From the NCBI GenBank assembly GCA_051294375.1, contig CM119269.1, forward strand, positions 21,970,815 through 22,034,814: 64,000 nt of DNA, written 5' to 3'. Of the stretch, positions 26,346 to 40,464 are shown piece by piece. How positions within the stretch are numbered: the first letter of the stretch is position 1; each line of letters opens with the position of its first letter. Origin of the DNA: Paraspadella gotoi (taxonomy: Eukaryota; Animalia; Chaetognatha). Position numbers and translations under genes: made by a program. The notes beneath the pieces were generated by a model, which was not told the origin of the DNA, ran no database searches, and saw nothing but the letters and a program-made list of their open reading frames with translations.

Positions 26346-29300
26346 GGCGGTCATCGCCTAGAAACCTGAAGCACTAGTTCCACAGCCCGTGACCCGTGCA
26401 TTCTTGACAGAATGGTTAAAGAAGTTTCGAATAGTAGTCTTGAGCCCACTGAGAGTTTAAGCACAAGTTTACCAATAATGTAGATCACGGTACAGATCAT
26501 ATTTGTATCGTAACTCTGCCACTTTGTCAAATCATGTCAACTATACTTTTGTAAAACCGAGAAAGTTTTATATCAAGTAGTGAGACAATTTTTTAAAAAA
26601 GATATTGTATCGAGAAATTATAAAAATCGACAATAAACATTAATATTTTTTCGCTAAGTAATAATTTCAACTAATGACACGAATTGCGATATCAGTCAAA
26701 TTTGTAATCGAATTGTTACCAGGTTACGACATTTTCATTATTCACTGATTATGACATAACATTATGATATTATCATTGGAGTTACACGTTCCCTCCAACG
26801 GGAGAAACCATCGAAGAACACGAGAGGAAAGAATTCCTTCAAGCGCGATTGACTGAGGTGGGCGGACCGCGCGGCACACTCGGAACCGGATACGCAGCTC
26901 CGTCTCGTTGCGTTACTGCGGTAACGCACCCATCGAGGACACTGACGCAGCGCCCGTCCGATAGAAGATCCACTGCGGGAATAAACGCCCTAGAGGTATT
27001 TTTAATTTTAATTTTTGTGCACAAAGAGTTGGCAACAAATCTAACAAAAAACTCTAACTTGATAAGAACAATATCTAACTAATCTCTTAACTGGATTCTG
27101 AATTAAAATTAAAACAGTCCTAAGCACTAGAGGTTAGTATTACACATTTTAAAAATATTAATGATAAAATGGTTTAAATTTGGAAAACACTCTTTAAAAT
27201 CATCATCATCGTCATCATTCAACACAACACTTTTAATAATTTTTATTAATTCTTTATAGACAAATCATTAAAATTTCAAAAAAGTAACCATGTAATACAT
27301 ACATCTAATACTGCTTTTTGAGCTCTAATTTGAATCAGATAACAAACAATTAAAATTTACCCCCCAAATCTTGACATTTATTATAGATTTGGATAAATTA
27401 AAAATAATATATAATACCAATAAATATAAATATAATTATAATATAAACAGAATATACATTAAACAATATCTTATACCAGATTATTGTTGAGCTTTGAATC
27501 CGTCCGCCTTTAGTTCCGCAGTACAAATGTTTGCATTTTAGGAAAAAATAACGACTTCTTTCCACTATTGTTCGTTTTACTTAAAAATGCTTAATTAACT
27601 GTACCACAACACAAATCCTAGGCCGACGAAGGATTGCGCTTAGAACATCTCCACGTTTCATAATGATCTAACAATAGTTACCATTTGGCAACTGTTATAA
27701 GACCAAAAAAAATATATGCTCCCATTTCTGTCCATTTTTAAACTTACGACTTCTTGATTTGAAGGCAAGCGAAAGTTGAAAGAAAAGTTTTTCTTTGGAA
27801 TATCCGTTCTTTCTTATCCTTACTTCTACCCTCTGAGCTCATAAATTTATTAGCCTTAAATAATTTATCAGTTTGCCTTATGAGTTAATCTTATGTTAAA
27901 ACAAGTCAAAAAGCTTGGAGTTTCAGTCTTTATCACCTAATTTGTAAACAATAAATAAATCAAATTGCGTTGAAATTAACAGAAAATATAGACTATTGTT
28001 AAGGCTTTTACACCTCATAAATTATTCAAAACAAACTTTTTTGGTATTTTCGCCCACACAATAATTTTTTAAAAGACCCGTATCATCTACATTTGTGACT
28101 TTTTGTGACTTGCATTTATTATTCGATAAGAGGAATATCTTCAACTCATTTACTTAGTTTAAAAGATGAAGGGTACATACTGACCTGATTAATTAAAAAA
28201 AACCGCATTCCTTTTACCCAATAGAAACGACTCGGACGCGATGCACTAGCTCGGGAGCGCCCGCGCCGCACCCAAATGCAACTAGCAGGGGGGGTACCTG
28301 CGCTGCTCGGAAGAGCGTGGCCGGGGAGGATGACGTACTTCATACACGATGCAACGCCCCGGTGAGCCAGACCGCTCTGTTATTCTGCAGAATCGATCAG
28401 ATTTGCGGGAAAATTTCTTCACCCAGCAGCAAAATACTGGTCGATTTACAAATTTGACACTGAACATCAGCCGATACACGCCTCACGATCACACCTATCA
28501 GCATCCTCTACGAGCCGAGGGCACCAAATATTGAAAAATAAAAATCAGCGTTACCGTTCATCTTCGTTTCTTAAATCCTGCATTTAATTATTAATCTATA
28601 TGTATGTAAACGTAGGTGAGAGGAAAATAGGAAAGGAAAAAAAAAAGGAGGAAGCCAGCCGGACCAACGAAATGATAAAAGAGGGGGTGAAAGAGGAATA
28701 AAAAACGAAGGCAAATGGGAAATGTGAAAATTTGTAAGTTAAGAAACGAGAGGGAAAAAAAATGGAAAGAAAAAGAGGGGAAAAAAGGAAAAGATATGAA
28801 GATGAGAAAAAGGTGAGAAAGTGGCAGGAGTGACAGAAAATGTAGGGGGCCAGAAAAAAGGTAAGTGACAGCGAGAGAAAGTAAGGGAGGAAAGAGGAAG
28901 ATGAAAATATTAGAGTAAGAGAGAAAAAGAAGGTGAAAGAAAGAATAATCAGGAAAAGGCGTATGAAGGAAAAAAAAATTGTATCAGATAATTTGGCGTC
29001 TTAACCCTAAAATTTTGTGTAAGAAAGATGACGAGGCTGAGGCCCGCACATGTACGTGCACTAATTGCAGCCGCACCAAGGAATTCCCCATCATCGACTC
29101 GGTAATCTCACTTTATCCAGCTGCAACTCCATAAGATCGATCTTATATGTACATAAAAATTCAAGAATAGACTTCTGTTTCTAATTAAGGAGTAATGAGA
29201 TTAGAGACAATCATTGAAGAAATCATGTCTTTACCGTATTTTTAACTCATAGGAAATTTAACATGGGAAGTTATCGTGATAGAAGGAGATAGATCTTGAG

Positions 29301-30104
29301 ACTACCGTTTTTTTTTAAATGAAGAAGAAGCTTGCGTACTACACCAATGAGATGCGACGCAAGAAAGAATCGGTAATTATTGAAGCTTCCAGATTTTGTT
29401 GTTTAAACAGAACTGATTGTATGCGAAAACCTTAGTATAGCACACTAGAGTGGAGGCATTCAAGAAACCAAAAAAATTTATTTGAACTGACCGAACCAAG
29501 GATATTAGTAGATGTGAGAGATAGTATGAATTTAACTAGTACACAAAAATATTTGGTTCAGATATGTCGTCGGGACAGAATTAGTTAGATATAATAATAT
29601 TTGTAGTGAAATAATCTGTATAAAATAGTAAATTTTAAAAAATAAGTTTTTAAAACTTTTAATTTCTTCTAAGGTTGAAAAAAAATATAGAAAATGTTGA
29701 TGCAAAAATTCTGGGACATCTTCAGCGTTAGAAACGAGAAGAAAAAATGTAAAAATTTTATGATTTTTTTTAATTCTTTGTAGTATAAATTTATATATGG
29801 TTAAAAAGTGTTTAATCCATTTTTGTGATCCAAACATTAAATATTCAGCATCATAACATATTTTATAAAAAGTTTCTTCTGTACCTGTTTTTTACGGCGA
29901 ATCCAAAATCTGTCTTAAAACAATAAAATAACCAATTATTTTGAGAATTTAACAGATTTATAAGGATTATTTACTACATACGGCATTTACAATTTTTTGC
30001 CATTGTCTGGTTTTCTCTCGGTCTCCCTCTCTCTCTCTTCCTCTCTCTCGTCTCTCTCTCTCTCTCTCTTCTCTCTCCTCTCTCTCATCCTCTCCGTCTT
30101 CTCA
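26346..30104 (+). repeat. Noisy direct copy of 31815-34390 with different insertions
   Basis: 26346-27050 matches 31815-32510, 27095-27512 matches ~33375-33748, and 29432-30104 matches 33745-34390. Confidence 0.85.
27513..29431. mobile_element. ~1.9-kb TIR element with TTA target duplication (PIF/Harbinger-like, apparently non-autonomous)
   Basis: Flanked by tta (27510-12 and 29432-34). Ends gttccgcagtacaa.. / ..ttgtatgcgaaaacc are approximate inverted repeats. Empty site gcc-tta-gtatac is at ~33745 and, reversed, at ~30497. Confidence 0.6.
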
Positions 30105-31077
30105 NNNNNNNNNNNNNNNNNNNNNNNNNTTGGATCACAAAAAATGATTAAAACATTTTAACATATATATGTTTATATTACAAAGAATAAAAAAATCATA
30201 AATTTTTATATTTTTTCCCGTTTTAAACGCTGAAGATGTCAGAATTTTTGATAACATATTTTATATTTTTGATTCAACTTTTTATGAAGAATTTAAAAGT
30301 TTTAAAAAAAATATTTTTAAAATTGACTATTTTATAAGAATATTAGTATAAATATATTATATTTTACTATTCTATTCCCGAGACAATATGAACAAAATAT
30401 TTTTTGTACTAGTTAATCATACTATCTCACATCTAAATATCCTTGTTCGATCATTCAAATAATTTTGTTCTTGAATGCTCCACTCTAGTTTGTATACTAA
30501 GGCGGAACGGTTACAAACTAACATAAGTCTGGAATAAATATTGTTAATATATTATTTTATATTATATTATATATTATTTTATATTATCCCAATACTATAT
30601 AATGTCAAAAGATTTTGGGGGTAAATTTTTATTTTTGTTATTGAATTCAGATAGAGCTCAAAAAGTTAGATAAAAGTTATTATTACAACTTTTTGAAATT
30701 TTAATGATTTGTCTATAAATATCAATAGAAATTATTAAATTTGTTGAATGATGACGATGATGATGATTTTTTAAGGTTTTTTCAAATTTAAACTCATTTA
30801 TCATTAAAATTTATAAAATTTGTAATACTAACCGCTATCTAACTTTTTAATCTTTATCAGAATTCATTTTTAAATTTTCAAAAAAATGTTTTAGGCATTT
30901 CTTATATATTGTTAAATATTAAAATGCTTCTATGCATGAGGAAAATTAATTTAATCAAAATCAAACATCATAAGTCAATTTGGTTGTAAAAGGATAAAAG
31001 ACTTTTATTGCAGACTATTTCATATTGCAAAAATTGTTAAATTCTGGCCCGCCTTAGTGTAGACGTATCTTGGCATT

Positions 31078-31718
31078 TGAAGAGACAGTAATTATTGTTA
31101 TGTGTTAGTGACAGAACCGTACAATATAAGCAGTCCCTGAGCTTCGGATCAGGCTGTAACACCGTGTTACAGGCGGGTTAAGCGCCCCGTCCCTCTTAAC
31201 TGCTAGGCGACCACCGGGCTAGAACCCCTGACCTTTGGGTTGGGAGGCGAATGCCTTGCCTCCGGCACCAATGGCCGCTGATGAACGATCCAATATACAT
31301 CCCCCCTCCCGTAGGGAGAAGTCTGTTGTGTCTCTTCAGTGAAGTGTTGTTGTTGGTGGAAAGTTCGTCACCAAGATGAGGCATGTTGCCTGATGTGTTG
31401 TTGGCGGAAAGTGCATCGCCAGGTTGAGGCATGTCGCCTGAAAGTGTTGTTGTTGTTGTTGCATTTGGAAGTCGGGCTCACCAATGAAGAGACAGTAATT
31501 AATGTTATGTGTTAGTGACAGAACCGTTCAATATAAGCAGTCCCTGAGCTTCGGATCAGGCTGATCATCGTGGTACAGGCGGGTAAAGCGCCCCGTCCCT
31601 CTTAACTGCTAGGCGACCAGCGGGCTAGAACCCCGGAACTTTGGGTTGGGAGGCGAATGACTTGCCTCCGGCACCAATGGCCGCTGATGAACGGTTGGTG
31701 GATTTTCGTCCACCATCA
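31078..31718 (-). mobile_element. TRIM with tRNA-like LTRs (locus 1, mirror copy)
   Basis: LTR, TGGTGAGCCCGAC PBS, internal region, GGGAGGGGGG PPT, LTR ending tctcttCA. Homologous to 58058-58716. Confidence 0.85.
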
Positions 31719-32279
31719 TAATAAAATGTTTTGTTATTGTTTGCAAACGTCTTTGTGCACAAAATAAAATTAAAAAACCTCTAGGGCGTNNNNNNNNNNN
31801 NNNNNNNNNNNNNNGCGCGTCATCCGCCTTGCTGGATGGTAAAACCCTGAAGACTAGTCTCCAAGCCCGTGACCCGTGCCATTTTGGCAGAATGGTTAAA
31901 GAAGTTTCGAATAGTAGTCTTGAGCCCACTGAGAGTCTTAAGCACAAGTTTACCATAATGTAGATCAGGTACAGATCATATTTTGTATGTACTCTGCCAC
32001 TTTGTCAATCATGTCAACTATACTTTTGTAAAACGAGAAGTTTTATTCAAGTAGTGAGACAATTTTTAAAAAAGATTATTGTTTCGAGAAATATTAAAAA
32101 TTCGACAATAAACATTAATATTTTTTTCCTAAGTAATAATTCAACTAATGACAACAGTTGCGATATCAGTCAAATTTGTAATCGAATTGTTTACAGGGAT
32201 TACGACATTTTTCATTATTACACGAGTTATGACATAATTATGATATTTTTATCATTGGAGTTACGTTCCCTCCAACGGG

Positions 32280-34310
32280 AAAACCATCGAGAACACGAGA
32301 AAGAATTCCTTCAAGCGCGAATGACTGAGGTGGGCGGACCGCGCGGCACACTCGGAACCGGGATACGCAGCTCCGTCTCGTTGCGTACGCGGTACGCACC
32401 ATCGAGGACGAACTGCGCAGCGCGTCGATAGAATCCATCGGGGAATAAACGCCCTAGAGGTTTTTTAATTTAATTTTGTGCACAAAGGACGTTGCAAACA
32501 ATAAACAAAACATTTTTATGATGCGGGACGAAAATCCACCAACGTCATCAGCGGCCATTGGTGCGGAGGCAAGTCATCGCCTCCTCATACCCAAATTCCG
32601 GGTTCCTAGCCCGCTGGTCGCCTAGCAGTTAAGAGGGCGGGGCGCTTTCCGCCTGTACCGACGATGATCAGCCTGATCCGAGCTCCAGGACTGCTTAATT
32701 GAACGGCTTCTGTCACTTACACATAAGCATTAATAACTGTCTCCTTCATTGGTGAGCCGACTTCCAAATGCCAACAACAACAAACAACACTTTCAGGCGA
32801 CCATGCCTCAACCTTGGCGAATGCATTTCCGCCACAACACATCAGGCAACAATGCCTTCATCTGGTGACGAACTTTCCCACACAACAACACTTCATGAAG
32901 AGACACAACAGACTTCTCCTACGGGAGGGGGGATGTATATTGGATGCGTTCATCAGCGGCCATTGTGCCAGAGGCAAGGCATTCGCCTCCCCACACCCAA
33001 AGGTCAGGGGTTCTAGCCCGGTGGTCCTGCCTAGCAGTTTAAGAGGGACGGGCGCTTAAACCCGCCTGTAACACGGTGTACAGCTGATCCGAAGCTCAGG
33101 ACTGCTTATATTGTACGGTTCTGTCCTAACCACATAACATAATTACTGTCTCTTCAATGCAAGATACGTCTACCACAAGGCGGGCCAGAATTTAACAATT
33201 TTGCAATATGAAATAGTCTGGCAATAAAAGTCTTTTTATCCTTTACACAACCAAATTGGACTTATGATGTTTGATTTTTGATTAAATTAATTTTCCTTCA
33301 TGCAATAGAACGCCATTTTAATATTTAAGCAATATATAAGAAATAGCTAAAACATTTTTTGAAAATTTTAAAAATGAATTCTGATAAAGATTAAAAGTTA
33401 GATAGCGGTTAAGTATTACAGATTTTATAAATTTAATGATAAATGAGTTTAAATTTGAAAAAACCTTTAAAAAATCATCATCATCGTCATCATTCAACAA
33501 TTTAATAATTTCTATTGATATTTATAGACCAAATCATTAAAATTTCAAAAGTTGTATAATAACTTTTATCTAACTTTTTGAGCTCTATTCTGATTCAATT
33601 AACAACAAATAAAAATTTACCCCCAAAATCTTTGACATTATATAGTATTGGGATAATTAAAATAATATATTAATATAATATAAAATAATATAATTAAACA
33701 ATATTTATTCCAGACTTATGTTAGTTTTGTAACCGTTCGCCCCTTAGTATACAAACTAGAGTGGAGCTTCAAGACAAAAATTATTCTGAATCGATCGAAC
33801 AAAGGATAATTTAGATGTGAGATAGTATGATTACTAGTACCAAAAAAATATTTTGTTCATATTGTCTCGGGAATAGAATAGTATAAATAAATATATTTAT
33901 ACTAATATCTTATAAAATAGTGCAATTTAAAAATATTTTTTTTCAAACACTTTAAATTCTTCAATAAAAAGTTGAATCAAAAATAATAAAATATGTTATC
34001 AAAATTCTGAATCTTCAGCGTTTAAAACAACGGAAAAAATATAAAAAAATTTATGATTTTTTATTCTTTGTAATATAAACATATATATGTTAAAATGTTT
34101 TTAATCATTTTTTTTGATCCAAACATTAAAAATATCAATATAACAATATTTTTATAAAAGTTTCTTAGTTTTTTACGGCGAATCCAATCTGTTCTTAAAA
34201 AAATAAAAATAAAAAAAAATATTTTGAAAATTTAACAATTTTAATAAGATTTACTGACATACGCATTTCAATTTTTTGCCAATTGTCGGTCTCTCTCAAT
34301 CTTCCTCCTC

Positions 34311-34355
<45 letters not shown>

Positions 34356-34510
34356 TCTCTCTCTCTCTCCGCCTGCAGGTCGTCTTCAAGGAATGCGACA
34401 AGGCGGGAGTGGACGTCCACATGGAGGCGTTGACGGACCTTCAAAACGAGTTCGAAAAGCCGACCACGCGTTGGGTGAAGGAAGAGAAGATTGGAAGGCG
34501 AAATCTCTAA
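32280..34510 (+). CDS. Gene C fragment: exon ~32280-32430 (ENHREHEKEFLQARMTEVGG..) and exon 34379-34510 (VVFKECDKAGVDVHMEALTDLQNEFEKPTTRWVKEEKIGRRNL*)
   Basis: GC-rich blocks; (CT)n plus cctgcag acceptor at 34378; TAA at 34508-10. Convergent with gene B. Confidence 0.5.
32519..33156 (+). mobile_element. TRIM with tRNA-like LTRs (locus 1, noisier copy)
   Basis: Same structure and same flanks as 31078-31718, in inverted orientation. Confidence 0.8.
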
Positions 34511-36590
34511 GAAAGGTTGGGGACGTCTTCACGCTTTAACTAAAGTAAGTATGACCCGATGCAAGTTAGCGTGGCGTAGTGTCTGCAGCCATAAAAGAAA
34601 TCGGTGATTGAAATCGTTATCTCTGAATGGGTTATATGAAACATCATGGTTTTCTTCATATATGAAAAAAAATCAATGCAAAATAATATTTGGTAGTTAG
34701 GATATGATATATATATAATATAGAATAATTAAAAAAATTAATATATAAACATTTTTTTTCTTATAATAGTCTAATTCTATAAACTATTTTATCCGTTTAT
34801 CTGTCCACCCCTCATATCTTGTTGGTAAATTACTTGGTTCATCTTAGAATACTGATTTTAAAAAAATTATCCTAAAAAATTGAATCCTTCTTTTTTTCCA
34901 TACATTTATTTGTTTGTGCATCCATCTATAACTTTAACCTATCCTTACACTTGAGTAAATCGATGGATTGATCTGAAATTTTGTGTGTGGCCAGAAAAGA
35001 GGTTGATTAAGCTTAATCTTAAGTTTGGACAAAGTCATTCAGGTAAAAATTAATTTAAATTACAAAAATAAAAAATAATTTTAAAAAGTAAAAATATATA
35101 ATTATAATAACAACAATAATAAGTATAAACATAATAATAATAATGACTCTTTTTTTTCTTACTCAATATCCCTCTTTATTTTTCAATCTTTCTCTCTCTC
35201 AATCTATTTCTCTTTTTTATTGGATCTCTCATATTTAACTTACTTTTTCTTCAAGCTCCTTACTTTTTATACTTTTACCATTCCAATTCATTTCCTCTAG
35301 CTATATACATTCATGTGAGCTTTGTTTTATTCAGAAAGTATAAATATTAACTTAAATAAAAAAAATATTAAATTTTTTTTTAAAAATCAGAAAAAAATTA
35401 ACTGACCTATGCTCAATAAGAATTTTATTTCTACTCTAAAAGAAAAGATATAAAAAAAGGAAAAAATAAATTTGTAACAAAATCAAATAGCTAAAAGCTA
35501 TTTTTTTTTTAAATTCAGAATTTCCTGTCTATTTCCAGATTTAAAATTTTTAATGCTCAAAATCTTTTTTTTAAATGTTTTATTCCTATTTTTTTAAGAA
35601 AGAAAAATGTTTATTGTACAGAAGTTGTAGTCCAAACTTTTTCAAAAAATACATATATGATTATAATAACATGACTTAACTCAAAATGTCTTCCTTATTC
35701 TTTGCCTCAACACAGGAGGAATACAGTAAAAAAAGAAAGTCAAATATTGAAAAAGTGGAAAAAAATTATCATTTTAGTTTTCAAATTGATTGATCTAAAA
35801 CTTATATTTTCTCAATTCAAAATTATGAAATAATAGATAAGAGAATAAGATCTTTTTTTCAGCTATCATTTGGTATGAAATTGGTACAACCAATATAAAA
35901 ATTATCCATTCATTTAATAAATAAGCTATCTTGTCCCTGACTTTGAACAGGCTTTGGTGGTTTCAGGCCTCCATCACACTTACAAGATAATAACATAGCA
36001 GGTTTCTGCAAGCTTTCAATCAAGACTCTCTCACAGTCTTATTTATTCACTCCCAGTGAACCTGGCTTTCCTATCAATGAAGTGGTATAATATTTCAAAG
36101 AATATTTTAATTGTATGAAAAGACCACTCCCTTAAGTATTAGATATATATAGGTATATAATTATAATCATTTTCAATATTTTTTGGCTATAAAGATTAAC
36201 TTACAAATCAAGGAGCACAAAATCTTATCATACATTTTTGCCACCATGAGTCTGTTTCTTACTGCCTTTTTATCAATTTTCCTTTTTTGTAGATGAGTGA
36301 GGGTTATGGTAAAAGTAAAAGAAATCTGGTAGAACCAAACGCATGCGGCATTATTAATAAATTTAATATAAAGCTTTAAGTTTGGCTCATAATAATAATA
36401 TGATAAAAATTTGCATGGGTATGCTTCGCCACGTTAACTTGCACCGTGTCGTATCTAGTTAGGATCGATCCTGGTACCTGATGAGCCAGTGAGTCTTACT
36501 GGAATCTATAGGCGAGTTGAACTGACCAATGCCCGCTACAAACTAACCCGGTCTCTACGTCAGGCCTCACCCAACGGCATCTGATCAAAC

Positions 36591-37559
36591 TTACCCATCG
36601 TAGACTTCGGGAAGTTGCAAGGAAATGAGACTCGGCCTTCGCTTCGAGTGTCGTCGATCTTTCACGTACAATTTCATTTGAGGAATCCTTGTTTCGATGA
36701 ATGAATAAATGAATGAATGAATGAATGAATGAATGAATGAATGAATGAATGAATGAATGAATGAATGAATGAATTAAATGACAAGAAAAGTGTCATCTGT
36801 GACCTTCTCAAATAATCAATGACCATCTCATCGAAATTCTTTTGCGTCGGCGGCTCAACGTCCGTCACCCAAGACTGACTTCGAACCGGAGCTGAAAAAG
36901 GGAAGAATTAAGGATGACATCGACGAAGGGAATTTTTGTTTCATATTAAGGATGACATTGACCAAAGGAATTTTTGTTTCATATTAAGGATGACATCGAC
37001 AAAGGGAATTTTTGTTTCATATTAAGGATGACATTGACGAAGGGAATTTTTGTTTCATATTAAGGATGACATTGACGAAGGACAACGTGAAAAAATGAAT
37101 CGATGAAATTAATTTCTTAATTTTCATCAAAATTTTTCCATTTTTCGTTAAAAATTCACGGTTTCCCTTCTGTGACAGAGAAAAATATCTCACGAACTTC
37201 ATTGTCAATGAATGAATTTAATTGCTAAACGTCTTTACTCTTTAAAATACTTTTTTTTTTGGTTCACTGGGAGCGGCTCTCTAACCCGGAAGCCTCAATC
37301 TAGTCGACGTCGGCTGCCAAGATTTGCTCTTGGTTCTCGAAGGCGGCAAATCCTTTTGCGCCAAATAGTTGATAATCATCTTCCGGAAATCCTCGTCCGG
37401 GAGACGTTTATAAGTCTTGAGTTTGTCGAAAGATCTTGGGAGAGAGGTGGTAGTACGTATACGAATAATACTATAATTCCTTAAATGATATTGTGTGAAT
37501 AAAATAACGTAACTTAGCTTTTTTGATTGAAAAAAAAATTTAGATCGTGTCAAATTTTT

Positions 37560-37614
<55 letters not shown>

Positions 37615-38242
37615 TCTCTCTCCCTCCCCTCCCCCCTCACCTCGTCCGCCTCATCATCTTCCTCTTCCTCAAAAAAGGGTAAGTCTCCAATTTCTTGAGC
37701 AGCGGCGTTGGGTAAGGACTCATTCGATCGAACTGCGCTTGATATTCAAGGTCGGTCAGTCTCTTCCAATCTTTCACCAGATCGAGTCCGATTTCTTCTA
37801 TCGCCCACATCAAGCAGTTTTGAATGGACCTGTGATAAGAATTTTGAATGGACCTGTGATAAGAATTTTAAATGGACCTGTGATAAGAATTTTAAATGGA
37901 TCTGTGATAAGAATTTTGAATGGACCTGTGATAAGAATTTTGAATGGACCTGTGATAAGAATTTTGAATGGGCATTCTTTTCCGAGATCGCCCCGTTTAA
38001 ATTACTAATCCTTAAACCTAATTATAACCCGAGGTGAAATGGGGCGGTTTCGGAAAAAAGCGCCCTCACTTTTTGTCGATGAAAAAGGCGATGACTTCGT
38101 CGACAATGGCCATCAAGACGGTCTCCTCCAGCAGCGCGTCGTCGACTGCATCGATCACAAACGAGGGAAGAAATTCCATTTCTAATTCGTCTCTCAATAA
38201 TTCAGCCTCTCGATCCAGGATTTCCTAGAAGGAAAGGAATGG

Positions 38243-38286
<44 letters not shown>

Positions 38287-39267
38287 GTGTGTCTTTCTCT
38301 CTAACCTTGACCTTCGCCGCCAAGGCCTCCCCCTTCCTCCCAAAGTCCAACGCCTCGTCCAGAGTGGTCTCCGCAATGACTTCCTCCAAGAGTTCCTCGC
38401 CGACTTCTTCAGCCTCCTCCTCGACAAACTCGGCATCTTCCACAATTTCCTGGGGGAATGAATGAATGAATGAATGAATGAATGAATGAATGAATGAATG
38501 AATGAATGAATGAATGAATGAATGAATGAGTGCTTGAATGGATGAAGGGATAAATGTATGAATTAATAAATGAATGAATGAATGAATGAATGAATGAATG
38601 AATGAATGAATGAATGAATGAATGAATGAATGAATGAATGAACAGAAATAATGATAAAATGATGAAAACTTAGAATGATTCAATTCAATGTACAATTACT
38701 AATATGAATAAAAAAAATAGAAAAAAATAAAATCACTGAATAAAAGGATGAATTGAACGATGTTTAAATAAATAAATAAATGCAGGATAAAAGAAATGAA
38801 TAAATAAAGAAATAAATGAATCAAAACTGATATGAATATATAAATGAATCAATGAATCAATGAGCAAACAAACAATGAATGAATCTATCAACAGCTAAAC
38901 GCCATGAAAAGGCAAAACAATTCTTTTTTTAAAACCTTTTTCTTCTCTTTGTACTTGTCCCCTTTCTGGCCGATGAGCAAATCCGTTGATGTCTGCAACA
39001 CAACGTCGAAGATGACGTCGTCCAGAATTCCTCCAGTGAATTCGTTGAGATCCTTCGTCGCCTTAGCTTCCTCCAGCTCCCGGATGCGCTTCTCCAGCTC
39101 CGCCGCTTCCCGCAGCTCCAGCAGCGCGTCCGCCGCGACCTCCCGCAGCATTTCGCCGAGCCCGTCGTCGAGTAAAGAATTGCGGCGTCGATGAGATTGC
39201 TCGTCTTGCGCTTCCATCAGCATCGCCAGCTCTTCTAAGCAGTCTTCCACGACGTGGAAGATGTGTC

Positions 39268-39361
<94 letters not shown>

Positions 39362-39446
39362 AACAAAAGACAAAAAACCAAAAAAACTACACTCAAAATT
39401 ATCTCTCTCTTCCCTCTCTCCTCTCTCTCTCTATGCTCTCTCTCTC

Positions 39447-39484
<38 letters not shown>

Positions 39485-40426
39485 TTTACCTCTTCACCCA
39501 CAGCTCCAACAACTCATGCAAAATCTGCCTTCCAATGATCCTCAAATAATGAAACATCTCCCTCAAGAACGCGTCCGTCTCTTGTCCGGACACATCGTCC
39601 GCGATGGTTTCGAAAATCTCGGACTCGAGCGATTTGATCCGCGGAAACCCCGTCACCGTTCCTGAGTGGGGTCATGTCATGTCATGTATGCCACCATGCG
39701 GGCGGTCCGGGGCTCAATGATGAAGTAAGAAACCTCTTAAGTGGTAAACTGATCACTGAATAAAATTGGTAAATTAAATGTTTGTTTATAAAAGAACCGC
39801 AGACAAATATTTATTATATACCTAAATTAAAGAAAACGAGATAACTGGGATAAAGAATCATGACATATTGTCTCCAATGAAATTAAAATGAACACGATTG
39901 AGACAAGTTTTAAGGGTAAACGACATTGAGTACTTTAATCTCATTTACATATTGCAATAGTTTGGCTTATTTCTCATATATTTTGATTCAGTTTTCTTAG
40001 AACTTGTATTTTAATGTTTTAGGGATACGTTTAACATAAAATATAACATTTAATATAAAAAACTAGATCCGTCTATCCATTTCCATCCATCCGTTTCCAT
40101 GTATCCAAATCACCTGAGATCAAGGTAGTGACGCTGGGCGTGGGTCTCGTTAACGGAGGATTCCATCGACCCCAGGAAGGATAACAGACTTTGCCGCGTT
40201 GACGACCCACGTTAGGGATTCCACCCAGGTTGGTGATGAAGGAAGGGGCGAAGCACAGAGGGGGGAGGTGGGCGTCGACGCCGCAAGGGGTCGCTTGTGA
40301 TCGGCGAGACCGAGTGTGAAACTGCGGGACGAGGGAGTTGGCGCCATTTTTTATTTGGTTTAGCTCACTTTTCTTTTAATGATACTTATCTACAATTTAC
40401 TGATCTATTATATTAATTCTTCTGTT

Positions 40427-40464
<38 letters not shown>

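Larger units (their letters stand above)
30130..34120. repeat. Inverted duplication 30130-31789 vs 32448-34120; left arm lies between two 25-N gaps
   Basis: Reverse-complement identity including the TRIM and both of its flanks. Confidence 0.9.
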
